Assembly: GCA_964534375.1 (NCBI GenBank)
Contig: CAZHPN010000091.1
Span: 1-22,578, forward strand
Source of the DNA: an uncultured bacterium
GTDB lineage: Bacteria; Lernaellota; Lernaellaia; Lernaellales; Lernaellaceae
DNA length: 22,578 nt
Direction: 5' to 3'
Numbering within the stretch: the stretch's first letter is position 1; the number at the start of each line of letters is the position of its first letter. This document shows, in pieces, positions 8,701 through 17,243 of the stretch. The translations under genes and the position numbers were made by a program. The notes below the pieces were generated by a model. It was not told the origin of the DNA and searched no databases. It saw nothing but the letters and a program-made list of their open reading frames with translations.

Positions 8701-9949
8701 CGCTGGGGTCGACGCTGCGCGCCCCCGCGACGTGCGCGGTGATCTCGTTGACGATGCAATCCGCGCCTACAATCTTGCCCGCGAAGCGCCGCCCCGAGCC
8801 GGTCGCGCCACAGCCCTGGACGTCGAGTGTCCAGCCGCGCTCCGCCGCGAGCGTCTGCACGGCGGCGAAAAGCCGCCGCACCGCGCCCAGCGGGTCGCCG
8901 CCGGTTTTGCGGTAGACGTCGAGCAGCACCTCGCCGCCCGGTTCGATCAACACGAGTTTGGTGCTCGTCGAGCCGATGTCGATGCCGAGAAAACAGCGCC
9001 CGTCGCGCGGGCCGGCTGGCTGGTGAATCCGCACCTCGGTGCCGGCCGCGTCTTCGTATTCGTGCGCGACGGCGAACGACGGATAACGGCTGCGCACCAG
9101 ACGCAGCGGCGCCGCGCGGTCGTCGCGATTCGCGGCCGGCGGCCCTGCGGTCAAGGCGGCGGCCGCTTCGATTCCACGATCCGCAGTCGACAATCCGCCA
9201 TCGGCCAGCATGGCCGCGCCGAACGCGGCGGCCAGATGCCCGTGCTCCCAGGTCAGGATCGGGTCGTGCCGTTGCTTCAGCCACTCGACGACTTGCGCAT
9301 TTTGCGCGACGCCGCCGACCACCAGGGTCGGGCCGTCGAGCGGCCGGCCGCGCAACAGCGTTTGCAACATCGTGTCGACGCAGCCCTTGCAAAGCCCGGC
9401 CCACAGCGCGGCCTTCGCGTGGCCCTCTTGCTGGCGATGGATCAGATCGCTCTTGGCGAACACGGCGCACCGCGAGGCGATCGACGGCGGCGCGCGATCG
9501 AAGGCGAAATCGCCGATCGTCGCGTAATCGAGATCGAGCCGCCGCGCCTGCTCGTCGAGAAACGAGCCCGTGCCCGCGGCGCACAGGCTGTTGGTCGTGA
9601 AGCCGAGAAACCGCCCGTTGCGATCCAGGTGAATCAGCGTGCACGACCGGCCGCCGATGTCGAGAATGTTCGCCGCGTCGGGGAACCGCCGGCTCGCCGC
9701 GGCGGTCAGCGCCCGCACGACGTGAACGACGGCGACGCCCGGCGTCTGGGCGGCAACCGCGGCGCGCGACCCGGTGGCGCCGACCGCGCCACGCTGCGGA
9801 TGCCGCGCGAGAAATTCGCGGACGATCGGCGCGGGGTCGCTCTGGTGCGCCCGGTACACGGCGTCCGTCACCTCGCCCGCCGCATTGACGGCGACGGCCT
9901 TGACGAACAACGCGCCGATGTCGACGCCGAGGCGCACCGCGTCGGTCAT
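5774..9949 (-). CDS. Fused CoA-substrate-specific enzyme activase (two BadF/BadG/BcrA/BcrD ATPase domains) with 2-hydroxyacyl-CoA dehydratase-like (DUF2229-type) domains
   Basis: GVDIG/GIDIGSTS, DIGG/EIGGQD, two CAAGTGSF motifs, RCAVF/RCTVF, CGYCHNRC, CFPVK, FNCGPD, GPCRYGQY, PFGCMP. Start placed at ATG 9949 because of a GGGGAG SD. Confidence 0.92.
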   Translation of the reverse strand: MTDAVRLGVDIGALFVKAVAVNAAGEVTDAVYRAHQSDPAPIVREFLARHPQRGAVGATGSRAAVAAQTPGVAVVHVVRALTAAASRRFPDAANILDIGGRSCTLIHLDRNGRFLGFTTNSLCAAGTGSFLDEQARRLDLDYATIGDFAFDRAPPSIASRCAVFAKSDLIHRQQEGHAKAALWAGLCKGCVDTMLQTLLRGRPLDGPTLVVGGVAQNAQVVEWLKQRHDPILTWEHGHLAAAFGAAMLADGGLSTADRGIEAAAALTAGPPAANRDDRAAPLRLVRSRYPSFAVAHEYEDAAGTEVRIHQPAGPRDGRCFLGIDIGSTSTKLVLIEPGGEVLLDVYRKTGGDPLGAVRRLFAAVQTLAAERGWTLDVQGCGATGSGRRFAGKIVGADCIVNEITAHVAGARSVDPSVETIFEIGGQDSKFMSLRDGAIREANMNYVCAAGTGSFVEEQANKLGYKVAEIGDVVLGLAPPHSSDRCTVFMEEDVTQLLGHGFTRDEAIASVMYSVAKNYLAKVVGCRRVSKDRIFFQGATARNKGLVAAFEQLLGVEVVVSPLCHQMGAYGVALLAARRRAGQGPSAFRGFDLAERRVELSFDTCGYCHNRCQITYANVEHSPDRPSWGYQCGREPAATQARVSRDFALFRQRDRLLADVLAQQTAPAGAPRIGLGMSLSAFSFLPFWTALLNRLGFRVAVTGPTDDEIRTTGPRAAAGDFCFPVKIALGHALKLAAMPGLAHRLIPQMIACQPNDFTTNPLFCPHVMSHAAVATATYESRGLDPAALHLLSPIFDLRWDEAHLRRSFEKTLGEPLGASPKDIKDALAAALAAQERFAEACRAAGAAALAELAAAGKKAIVIFGRPYNCGDPGANLDLPRKISDYGIPVVPLDFLPFDPRELGAEYRNIYWHYGQRIVAGLKQVAATERLFPVYLTNFNCGPDSFLLSYAERIVGDKPLLLLELDEHAGDTGYVTRIEAFLDVVANARPRRPAPPVRRPRTPDEEFKRRTLWIPPMQPWVNRFGAAAMRRYRFHAQPLPVEDREAYEIGRRVTRGSECLPTGVTIGGLLKKFREIGADPKEHAFFMATAEGPCRYGQYVLLQRMILDEQGYEDVPIMTASSIDSYQGMEEPVRRELWRAFLTADLLVKMLCKVRPYERDRGAADDLGEQWSKRIETALESGRGLAETIRATARAFAALPVRREKRPLVGIVGEIYVRCNPFTNGRVIEHIESYGGEAWLTPVSEWFLYTAYHQSWSAKENLASFFARGQSLLKNRFLIGSEQKFYDLCSPLLDDRREPPVERVVAHGANYLPINFEGEAILTVGRAIEFARAGAALVVNCAPFGCMPGTISGAILQDIRKKTAMPIVTMMYDGVGDINRHLEVYLRERSGSA

Positions 9950-10000
9950 GCACACTCCCCGCGCCGTGTGGCGATCCCGTCCGGCATTTAATTTGCGGTT

Positions 10001-10029
10001 GTTTTAGCGCGCCGGCGCGAGAGGGTCAA
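10001..10029 (-). promoter_or_regulatory. Sigma70-type promoter of the activase gene
   Basis: TTGACC (10029-10024), 17-nt spacer, TAAAAC (10006-10001). Confidence 0.55.
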
Positions 10030-10073
10030 TCTGGCGGGCCATTGAAACACCGAGAAATGATTAGTCGTGCCGA

Positions 10074-10100
10074 CCTCTGAGTCCTCTGCGTCCTCGGCGG
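10074..10100 (+). repeat. Degenerate 9-mer tandem repeat (3 units)
   Basis: CCTCTGAGT CCTCTGCGT CCTCGGCGG in the divergent intergenic region. Confidence 0.6.
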
Positions 10101-10317
10101 TCTAAGCGTGTCTCATTCGGATGCGGCCAACGGCCGCGCTGCGCCACCGTGGTTTGCGTCTCAATTGCCGGTTGATTTTCACCCCCGATCTCTTATACGT
10201 TGCGTAGTTTCGCGGATCGGGCCGGCCGGACGCCGGTTCGTCGTTCATCTATTTCTCGTCGGCGCCCGCGGACCGGTCTCGGCAGGAGACCGGCGGGCGG
10301 CGGCAAGCGGGTGTGGA

Positions 10318-12828
10318 ATGCGGGAAAAAACCAGTTTGACCGTACTCTTCGTCGTCTCGATGGCGACGCTGGGCATTGAAGTATTGCTGACGCGCGTCTT
10401 TTCGGTCGTGCTGCTGTCGAGCCACTCGTTTTTGGCGATTTCGCTGACGCTGCTCGGCTCCGGCGCGGGCGCCATCCTCGCCTACGTCAGCCCGAAGACG
10501 GCAGAAGAGCAGCAGGACCGCGTCAAGATTTACCTGCTGGCGATGTTGGCGCTGGCGGTGGCCGTGTCGTTCTTCACGCTGTTGCAGGTCGAGTTCATTC
10601 CACGCTGCCTCGAAGATCCGGACACGCACCAGATCAATTGCAACATGACCTTCAACAAGATCGAGACGCTGATCACGAGCCATCCCGAAGTGTTCAGCAT
10701 GTGGAAGCTCTACGGCGTCGTCCCGATCGTCTTTCTGCCGTTCCTGATCGCCGGCTACATCCAGGCGTTCATCTTCCGCCACGCGCCGAAACGCTTTTCG
10801 CTCTATTACGGCGTCGACCTTCTGGCGGCCACCGCCGGCGCGGTGACCTTGCCGCTGCTGCTCTACCCCATCGGCTTGGCGGGCACGATCGCCACGGTCG
10901 TGCTGCTGATCGTGCTGCCGGCGATTTATTTGATCGCGACGCGTCTGCGCGAGTGGTCGGCGGCGGGCATCGCGGCGGCGCCGCTGTTGATCATGGCCGT
11001 GCTGATGGCGCTGGGCGGCTACAACGTCAAGCACCCGGCCGGCTTCTCGGAAGAGCGGGTCGAGCGGCAATATTGGACGCCGATGTCGCGCGTGTCGCTG
11101 ATGCGCGAGAGCGAGCACCAGGAGATGTACGTCATCGACAACGCCTCGCGCACGTACTACGCGCAGGCGACGCCGGCCGGCGTCCGGCGGCTGCAGTTCG
11201 AGCTGTTCAACGGGCCGTTCGAGATGAAGGCGGGCGGCAAGGCGCTGGTGATCGCGTCGGGCGGCGGCCAGGAATTGGTGATGGCCGACCACGACGGCAT
11301 CAAGGACATCGACGCGGTCGAGATCGCCGGGCCGATCGTGCGCGACATCGTCAACGAAAAGAAGAACGAGCCGGGCAACCCGTACCTGCTGCCGTCGGTG
11401 CACTGGTTCATCGCCGACGGCCGCTCGATCGTCAAACGCACGACGAAGATGTACGACGTGATCGAGATGATGGAGGTGAACTTCCATTCGCTCGCCGGCG
11501 TCGTGGCGCAGGCTTGGTCGCCGTATTTCATCTTCACGCAGGAAGCGTTCGCGGAATATCTCTCGAAGCTGAATCCCGAGGGCTACCTCTGTTACACGTA
11601 TTTCAGCCGCAGCCATTCGCCGGTCGGCAGCGACAACAGTTGCCGCTTCCGCAGTTTCGTGGCCGGCATGCACAAGTCGGGCATCGAAAAACCGGAAGAC
11701 CATTTCGTCAGCCTCGTGCAGAAGTACGGTTACGGCTGGCGGTCGATGGTGATGGCGAAAAAATCGCCGTTCACGATGGAAGAACTCGTGCGGCTGATGC
11801 AGACCTACGAGGCGAAAAAACAGCTCGAACCGGCGCGCCACCCGGAGCAGGCCGACACGACCGTGCTGCAATTCCCCGACCTGCAGCCCGCCGTCGACGC
11901 CGGGTTGATCACCGCCGAACAGCGCCAGGTCTGGCAGCCGAACGGCAAATTTTTCGAGCAGGTGCGCGAGATGTGCCGCACGGCGAAACCGCTGGAAGGC
12001 CTGCTGGCCAACATCATAACGCCGCCGTCGTTCAGCACGGGCACCAATGACGACCGGCCCTACATGTACGGCTCGGGCTTCCGCCGCATCAACTCGCCGC
12101 AGGAGCGGATGATCCGCAATCTTTACATCACGCTGCTCGTGATCATGACCGCGCTGGCGCTTATTTTTGTGCTGCTGCCGCTCATCGTGCGCGACGGCGA
12201 CAGCGGGCAGCCCGTGCGCCTCGACGCGCGGTTGTTCCTCATTCTCGTCTGCACCGGCCTCGGGTTCATGTTCCTCGAGATGGCGGGCATCTACAAATAT
12301 CAGCTTTACATGAAGCACCCGACGATCGCGCTGATCGTGATCCTCTCGGGGATGATTTTGGGCGCCGGCCTCGGCAGCCTGCACTCGGGCCGCATCGCCG
12401 GCGCGAAAAGCGAATCTGCCGTCGCCTTCTACGCATGCGCGTCGGCCGTCGGCGCCGCGCTGCTGCTCATCGTCGCGCCGATCGTGGGCCACGGTTTCAT
12501 GTTATGGCTGCCGCTCGAAGGGTTGCTGCCGGTCGCCTTCGTCGCATTCGCGGCGCTGGGCTTCCTGCTCGGCCACGTCGTGCCGCTGTCGATCGCGACC
12601 TACGCCGCCGACCAGGAGCGGTTGCTGGCGTGGTGCTGGGCGATCACGGTCACCGGTTCGGTCTTCGGCACCGTGACGGCGTCGATCATCGCGCGCGACT
12701 TCGGCATGTTCCTCGTCGCGTCGCTCGGGATTTGTTGCTATTTGACCGTCGCGGCGACAGCCGCCTACGGCCGTTTGAAAGGCGGCGCGGCAGCCCGCGC
12801 AGCGGGCGCCGGCGGCGCGGCCGGGTAA
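10318..12828 (+). CDS. Polytopic membrane protein with central spermidine-synthase-like class I SAM-binding domain
   Basis: N- and C-terminal TM bundles (EVLLTRVFS, YGVDLLAA, GLGFMFLE, GSVFG). Central LVIASGGGQE, DAVEI, IADGR, YDVI, FTQEAF..YLSKLNPEG, NDDRPY. ATG 10318 is preferred over GTG 10108. Confidence 0.85.
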   Translation: MREKTSLTVLFVVSMATLGIEVLLTRVFSVVLLSSHSFLAISLTLLGSGAGAILAYVSPKTAEEQQDRVKIYLLAMLALAVAVSFFTLLQVEFIPRCLEDPDTHQINCNMTFNKIETLITSHPEVFSMWKLYGVVPIVFLPFLIAGYIQAFIFRHAPKRFSLYYGVDLLAATAGAVTLPLLLYPIGLAGTIATVVLLIVLPAIYLIATRLREWSAAGIAAAPLLIMAVLMALGGYNVKHPAGFSEERVERQYWTPMSRVSLMRESEHQEMYVIDNASRTYYAQATPAGVRRLQFELFNGPFEMKAGGKALVIASGGGQELVMADHDGIKDIDAVEIAGPIVRDIVNEKKNEPGNPYLLPSVHWFIADGRSIVKRTTKMYDVIEMMEVNFHSLAGVVAQAWSPYFIFTQEAFAEYLSKLNPEGYLCYTYFSRSHSPVGSDNSCRFRSFVAGMHKSGIEKPEDHFVSLVQKYGYGWRSMVMAKKSPFTMEELVRLMQTYEAKKQLEPARHPEQADTTVLQFPDLQPAVDAGLITAEQRQVWQPNGKFFEQVREMCRTAKPLEGLLANIITPPSFSTGTNDDRPYMYGSGFRRINSPQERMIRNLYITLLVIMTALALIFVLLPLIVRDGDSGQPVRLDARLFLILVCTGLGFMFLEMAGIYKYQLYMKHPTIALIVILSGMILGAGLGSLHSGRIAGAKSESAVAFYACASAVGAALLLIVAPIVGHGFMLWLPLEGLLPVAFVAFAALGFLLGHVVPLSIATYAADQERLLAWCWAITVTGSVFGTVTASIIARDFGMFLVASLGICCYLTVAATAAYGRLKGGAAARAAGAGGAAG

Positions 12829-12844
12829 GGCGCCGTTACCCACA

Positions 12845-12918
12845 GAATGTTGAATGGCGAATGGCGAATGCAGAATTGCGGACGCCGCCCGAAATTCGCC
12901 ATGCAACATTCAACATTC
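12845..12918. repeat. Palindromic heptamer-repeat element
   Basis: Left arm GAATGTT GAATGGC GAATGGC GAATGCA GAATTGC (12845-12879). Right arm AATTC GCCATGC AACATTC AACATTC (12893-12918) is its approximate reverse complement. Confidence 0.85.
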
Positions 12919-12935
12919 CGGACGCGGCTGAGTGG

Positions 12936-12953
12936 CGACGCGCCGGCGCGTCG
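12936..12953. terminator. Perfect 18-bp palindrome between convergent genes, possible terminator hairpin
   Basis: CGACGCGCCGGCGCGTCG is self-complementary and lies 8 nt past the TPR gene stop. The T-tract is weak. Confidence 0.4.
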
Positions 12954-12961
12954 GCCTTTGG

Positions 12962-13834
12962 CTAGGAAAAGCGTTCCAGAAATTTCGCAAACAGCGGCGG
13001 GCAGAGTGCGTTCATCTTTCGCCGCAGCGCGACCTTCTCACCATCCGAGCGCGCGGCACGATGTTCCAGGATCAGCCGGTAAAACGAACGTCCGGGGGTA
13101 TTCGGGGCCGACAGGCCGGCCGGCAGCGCGGAGAGGCCCGGCAAGACCGCGGCGGCCGGCAGCGGGAAAATCTTTTCCACGGTCCCGACGGCGAGCGCCC
13201 AATCCAGGAAGTCGCCGCAGATTTCGTAGTCCACCTCGGCCGCCGCGGGGAGATCGCGAACCGCGGGGTCCGCAAGGCGGGGCAAATCGATCGCGGCCGG
13301 ATCGAGCAGGAACGCACGCAGATAACAATCCCGCGCCGCTTCCACGTCGTGTCCGACGAATAGCGCATCTCCCAGGTATGCGAGCAGCCGAGCGTCCTCC
13401 GGCGCGGCTCGCAATGAATCGCGCAGCGATTGCGCCGCGCGTTCCGGTTCGCCGGCGGCGAGCCAGTGCAGCCCGGCCGGCGTTCCGGCAATGTCGCAGC
13501 CGGCGCCATATCGTTGCTCGGCTTCCGCAGCCAGGCGTCGATGCCAGCCGGTGAGGTTGAAGTCGCGGAGATCATCCCCCAGCCGCAGCAACGCGGCGAC
13601 CGGATCGCCCATCTCGGTTTTGAGCGCGACCAACCGTTGAAAAAGCGCGGCGACGGCCGCGAGAAGCTGGCGCGCCTCGGCGTCGTCCGGCCAATGCGCG
13701 AGATACGTTTCGAGTTGCAGCTTCGCTTCGGCCAGATCGAATTCGCGCAAAGCGCGGCGCGCGCGTTCCCGCCACATGGTCCGATCGTCAAAGAGGTCGA
13801 GCTGCCGCCCGTCGTTCTCCGGCATGGCGCTCAT
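12962..13834 (-). CDS. TPR-like repeat protein with N-terminal QLDLF motif
   Basis: TPR-like helices (AKLQLETYLAHWPDD; SLRAAPEDARLLAYLGDALF...ARDCYLRAFLLDP). Starts 10 nt after the kinase stop. Confidence 0.8.
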   Translation of the reverse strand: MSAMPENDGRQLDLFDDRTMWRERARRALREFDLAEAKLQLETYLAHWPDDAEARQLLAAVAALFQRLVALKTEMGDPVAALLRLGDDLRDFNLTGWHRRLAAEAEQRYGAGCDIAGTPAGLHWLAAGEPERAAQSLRDSLRAAPEDARLLAYLGDALFVGHDVEAARDCYLRAFLLDPAAIDLPRLADPAVRDLPAAAEVDYEICGDFLDWALAVGTVEKIFPLPAAAVLPGLSALPAGLSAPNTPGRSFYRLILEHRAARSDGEKVALRRKMNALCPPLFAKFLERFS

Positions 13835-13844
13835 CCCAACGTTT

Positions 13845-16800
13845 TCATGCGTCGCTCTTGGCGTCTTCCGGCGCCGCGCCGCGGATGGCGGCGACGAGCG
13901 TCTCGGCCGGGCCGTCCTTCGGCAGATAGGTGACCGCGCCGGCCTCGACCATCGCCTTTTTCATGTCGCCGGCCGCATGCATCGACAGGCCGATGACGCG
14001 CGTCCGCGGCCGTTCGGACATGATCAGCCGCGTCGCGTCGATGCCGTTCATTTCCGGCATCGTGATGTCCATGACGACCACGTCGGGCGCCAGCCGCCGC
14101 GTCAAATCCACCGCCTGCCGGCCGTTTTCGGCCTCGCCCACCACGACGATGTCGGCCGATTCCCGCAGCAGCTTGACCACGCCCTGGCGCACGATGCGAT
14201 GGTCGTCGGCGACCAACACGCGAATCGGCGATCCCGGGCGCCGCGCCGCCTCGGCGACGGCCGGCGCCCCGTCCGCCGCGGGCTCGGGCGCCGCCGCGGC
14301 CGGTTTGACGAAGCGCGGCGCAAAGAGGGTCACGCGGGCCCCGTGGCCCGGCACGCTGGCGATCTCAATCCGGCCGCCGATCCATTCGAGGCGTTCGCGA
14401 ATGCTGAAGAGCCCGAAGCCGCCGGCGATTTTCTCTTTGTTCCCGGTCCGGTCGGCATCGAACCCCGCCCCGCGGTCGGCCACCGAGAGCTTGAGCCGGT
14501 CGCTGCCCCAGGCGCCGAGGTAGATTTTCGCCTGGTCGACGCCGGCGTGCTTCTTGACGTTGAACAGCAACTCCCGCGCCGCCTGGAAGAGCAACAAGCG
14601 CGCGTCCGTCGCCACTTCCACGTCGTCCTCGGCGTGCACCTCGACGTCGAGATGGTGGTTGGCCTTCATCCAGCGCGCCAGCCAATGCAGCGCGTCGGCC
14701 AGGCCGCCGTCGTACAGGATCGGCGGGGCCAACTCCGCCGTCAGCGACCGCGAGGCGTCGATCGACTGCCGCAGCAGCTTCTCGACCAATTCCAGGCCCT
14801 GGGCCGTTTGCGGATCTTTCGCCGAGAGTTTGACGCTGGCCACCGACAGCGTCGCGCCGGCCAGAAGTTGCTGCAGATGATCGTGCAGAATCTGCGCCAG
14901 CCGCCGCCGTTCGCGATCCTCGGCCTGCGTCAATTCCGCCGCCAGCGCGCGAAGCTGCTCGGCGCGTTGCTGGAGCGCGACGTTCAATTCGCCGAGCCGC
15001 TCCTCGTTCTTTTTGCGCAGCGAAATGTCGCGGTTGATTTCGAGGATGGCGGTGATTTCGCCGCGGTCGTTCTTCTTCGACGCCCACCGCGTGGCGATCG
15101 CCAGCGTGCGGCCGTCCTTGGTGGCATGGAGCAATTCGCCATTCCAGAAACCGTGCGCGGCGATGATTGCGTCGATTTCCGCCAGCGGCACGGGGAACTG
15201 GGTTTGCAGGAGTTCGTGGGAAATCCGGCCGCGCGCTTCCTCACGGGTCCAGCCGTAGGTCGCTTCGGCGCCGTGATTCCAAAAGACGATGCGGCCGCCC
15301 GGCTCGCGGACGAAAATCGCGTCGTGGGCGAGTTCCAGCAGTTCCGCCTGATCGCGCAGCAATTCGGTCGCGCGTTTCCGGTCGGTGACATCGAACAGCA
15401 AACTGAGGACGGCCGGTTTTCCCCGATAGACGATCGGCCGCGCGCGGCTTTCGACGTCGATCGCCCGGCCGTCGAGCCGTTGCACGCGGTGTTCGGCCCG
15501 CGCCTCGGGCACGCCCTCGGCCAGCCGCCGCCCTTGCGCGGCGGCCAGTTCGCGGTCGTCCGGATGAACGAAATCGAGCGGCGACCGGCCGAGCAAATCC
15601 TCGGCTGCGGCCGCGCCCAAGATTTTCACCGCGCCCGGACTGACATAGACGTAACGGCCGTCGGCGACGATGGCGATAAAATCGGGCGACGCCTCGACGA
15701 GCGTGCGATAGCGCTCTTCGCTCTCGCGCACGAGGCGTTCGGATTCCTGAAGTTGCGCTGTCCGTTCCGCGACGCGCTGCTCGAGCGTGCCGGCGATCTC
15801 GCGCAAGGCCTGCTGCGCGCGGTATTGGTCGGTGATGTCGATGTTGACGGCGACGGCGCCGATCGTCCGGCCGCCGACGACCACCGGCGCCGCGTTGCCG
15901 CGGATGAGCACATCCCGACCCGTGTCGGCCTGCGTCGCCCAGGTGTCGAGCTGGGCGGCTTCGCCGTTCAACGCGCGCGTGAACGGCAGATTTTCCGGTT
16001 CGACCGGGCCGCCGTCGAGCCGATAGCGGACGTGGAATTTCTCCCCGAGTTCGCCGATGCGCGCTTGCAAATCGCGAAGCGACGACGCTCCGAGCATGCG
16101 CAGCGCCAGATCGTTGCACCGCGAGATGCCGTTTTCGTTGCCGAAGTAAACGGCATGCGGCAAGGCGTCGATCAGCGCCTCGGTCTCGGCCGTGCGGCGT
16201 TCGTACGCCGCGAGCAGATCGGTGAGCCGATCCTCGGACCGCAGGCGAAGCCGCTCGTCGTCCAAGGCGTCCAGCGCGTACGAAATGTCCGCGCCCAACG
16301 CTTCGAGCAATTGGACCTGCTCCGCGTCGAAGGCCCCGGCTTCCGCCGCGTACAACGTCAGCGCTCCGACCGGCTGGTCGCGGCGGCGCAGCGGGATCGC
16401 CGCGGAGGCGCGGAAGCCGCGGCGCAGGGCGGCCTCGCGCCACGGCGCGGTCGACGGGTTGGCGGCGAAATCGTCGTTGATCACCGGGCGGTTTTCGCGA
16501 ATGCAGGTTCCCGTCGGCCCCTGGCCGAGAACGCCGTCGATCTCGATTTCGATGTCATCGAGGTAATCGGAGGCCGGCCCGCAGCAGGCCGAAGGCGCGA
16601 CGGCCCGATCGCGCACTTCGCCAATCCAAACGAGCGGGAACGCGCCATCGTCGGCGATGATGCGGCAGACGTCTTGAAACAGGGTCGGTTCGTCGCGCGT
16701 GCGGACGATCGTCTCGTTCACGCGGCTCAGCACGGAATAAAGGCGCGCGAGCCGCGCGAGCCTGTTTTCGGCCGGGTGGCGTTCGGCGGCGCCTTGCTCG

Positions 16801-17066
16801 ATCAGCGCGGCATCGCACTGGCGCTCGGCTTCGAACTGCGCGGCGCCGGCCAGCAACTCGTCGTTTCGCTGTTGAAGCTTTTCGCCGGCGATGCGCAGTT
16901 CCGCCACCGCGGCGGCGACGTCCTGCGCCAGCCGGTCGGCCGCCCCGCGCGTCGCCGCCGGGTCGCCCACCCTGGCCACCAGCTTTTCCAGCCCGAGGCG
17001 CAGCCGTTCGGCCTGCTGATGGAAATTGCTGCTCCCGTTCGTCAGCGGTCTTTTTTCATTCGCCAA
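13845..17066 (-). CDS. Hybrid sensor histidine kinase: GAF - 3 PAS - HisKA_3 - HATPase - receiver
   Basis: GAF (GQGPTG..IRE, SAAIPL), PAS motifs (FVHPDDR; WNHGAEATYGW), H-box ERRRLAQILHDHLQQ, ELLFNVKKHA, DRGAGF, GFGLFSIRER, and receiver VADDH...MDITMP...K. TTG start with GAGGA SD. Confidence 0.93.
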   Translation of the reverse strand: MANEKRPLTNGSSNFHQQAERLRLGLEKLVARVGDPAATRGAADRLAQDVAAAVAELRIAGEKLQQRNDELLAGAAQFEAERQCDAALIEQGAAERHPAENRLARLARLYSVLSRVNETIVRTRDEPTLFQDVCRIIADDGAFPLVWIGEVRDRAVAPSACCGPASDYLDDIEIEIDGVLGQGPTGTCIRENRPVINDDFAANPSTAPWREAALRRGFRASAAIPLRRRDQPVGALTLYAAEAGAFDAEQVQLLEALGADISYALDALDDERLRLRSEDRLTDLLAAYERRTAETEALIDALPHAVYFGNENGISRCNDLALRMLGASSLRDLQARIGELGEKFHVRYRLDGGPVEPENLPFTRALNGEAAQLDTWATQADTGRDVLIRGNAAPVVVGGRTIGAVAVNIDITDQYRAQQALREIAGTLEQRVAERTAQLQESERLVRESEERYRTLVEASPDFIAIVADGRYVYVSPGAVKILGAAAAEDLLGRSPLDFVHPDDRELAAAQGRRLAEGVPEARAEHRVQRLDGRAIDVESRARPIVYRGKPAVLSLLFDVTDRKRATELLRDQAELLELAHDAIFVREPGGRIVFWNHGAEATYGWTREEARGRISHELLQTQFPVPLAEIDAIIAAHGFWNGELLHATKDGRTLAIATRWASKKNDRGEITAILEINRDISLRKKNEERLGELNVALQQRAEQLRALAAELTQAEDRERRRLAQILHDHLQQLLAGATLSVASVKLSAKDPQTAQGLELVEKLLRQSIDASRSLTAELAPPILYDGGLADALHWLARWMKANHHLDVEVHAEDDVEVATDARLLLFQAARELLFNVKKHAGVDQAKIYLGAWGSDRLKLSVADRGAGFDADRTGNKEKIAGGFGLFSIRERLEWIGGRIEIASVPGHGARVTLFAPRFVKPAAAAPEPAADGAPAVAEAARRPGSPIRVLVADDHRIVRQGVVKLLRESADIVVVGEAENGRQAVDLTRRLAPDVVVMDITMPEMNGIDATRLIMSERPRTRVIGLSMHAAGDMKKAMVEAGAVTYLPKDGPAETLVAAIRGAAPEDAKSDA

Positions 17067-17109
17067 CGCGATCGTTCCTCAAAAACTCGCCCGTTAATCT
17101 ACCACCGAT

Positions 17110-17138
17110 GCGATAGCGAATGCCTTGGTTTTTGTCAA
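17110..17138 (-). promoter_or_regulatory. Sigma70-type promoter of the kinase-TPR pair
   Basis: Perfect TTGACA (17138-17133), 17-nt spacer, TATCGC (17115-17110). Confidence 0.6.
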
Positions 17139-17243
17139 CACCGCGCTCGGCGCGCGGCTACGGCAACGACCGGCGGTTTTATTGACAGAATCAACCGGAT
17201 CAGTTTCGCGCTGTGTCTTTCTTCTCGGAGATGTGATTACACC

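Noticed and set aside
5813..9991. 1392-aa (+) and 1377-aa (-, alternate frame) ORFs over the activase
   Set aside because: Shadow ORFs of high-GC codon bias: Arg/Ala/Pro-rich with no motifs.
10108..10317. N-terminal extension of the membrane protein from GTG 10108
   Set aside because: Non-protein-like sequence covering promoter-like and hairpin elements; the TM pattern begins after ATG 10318.
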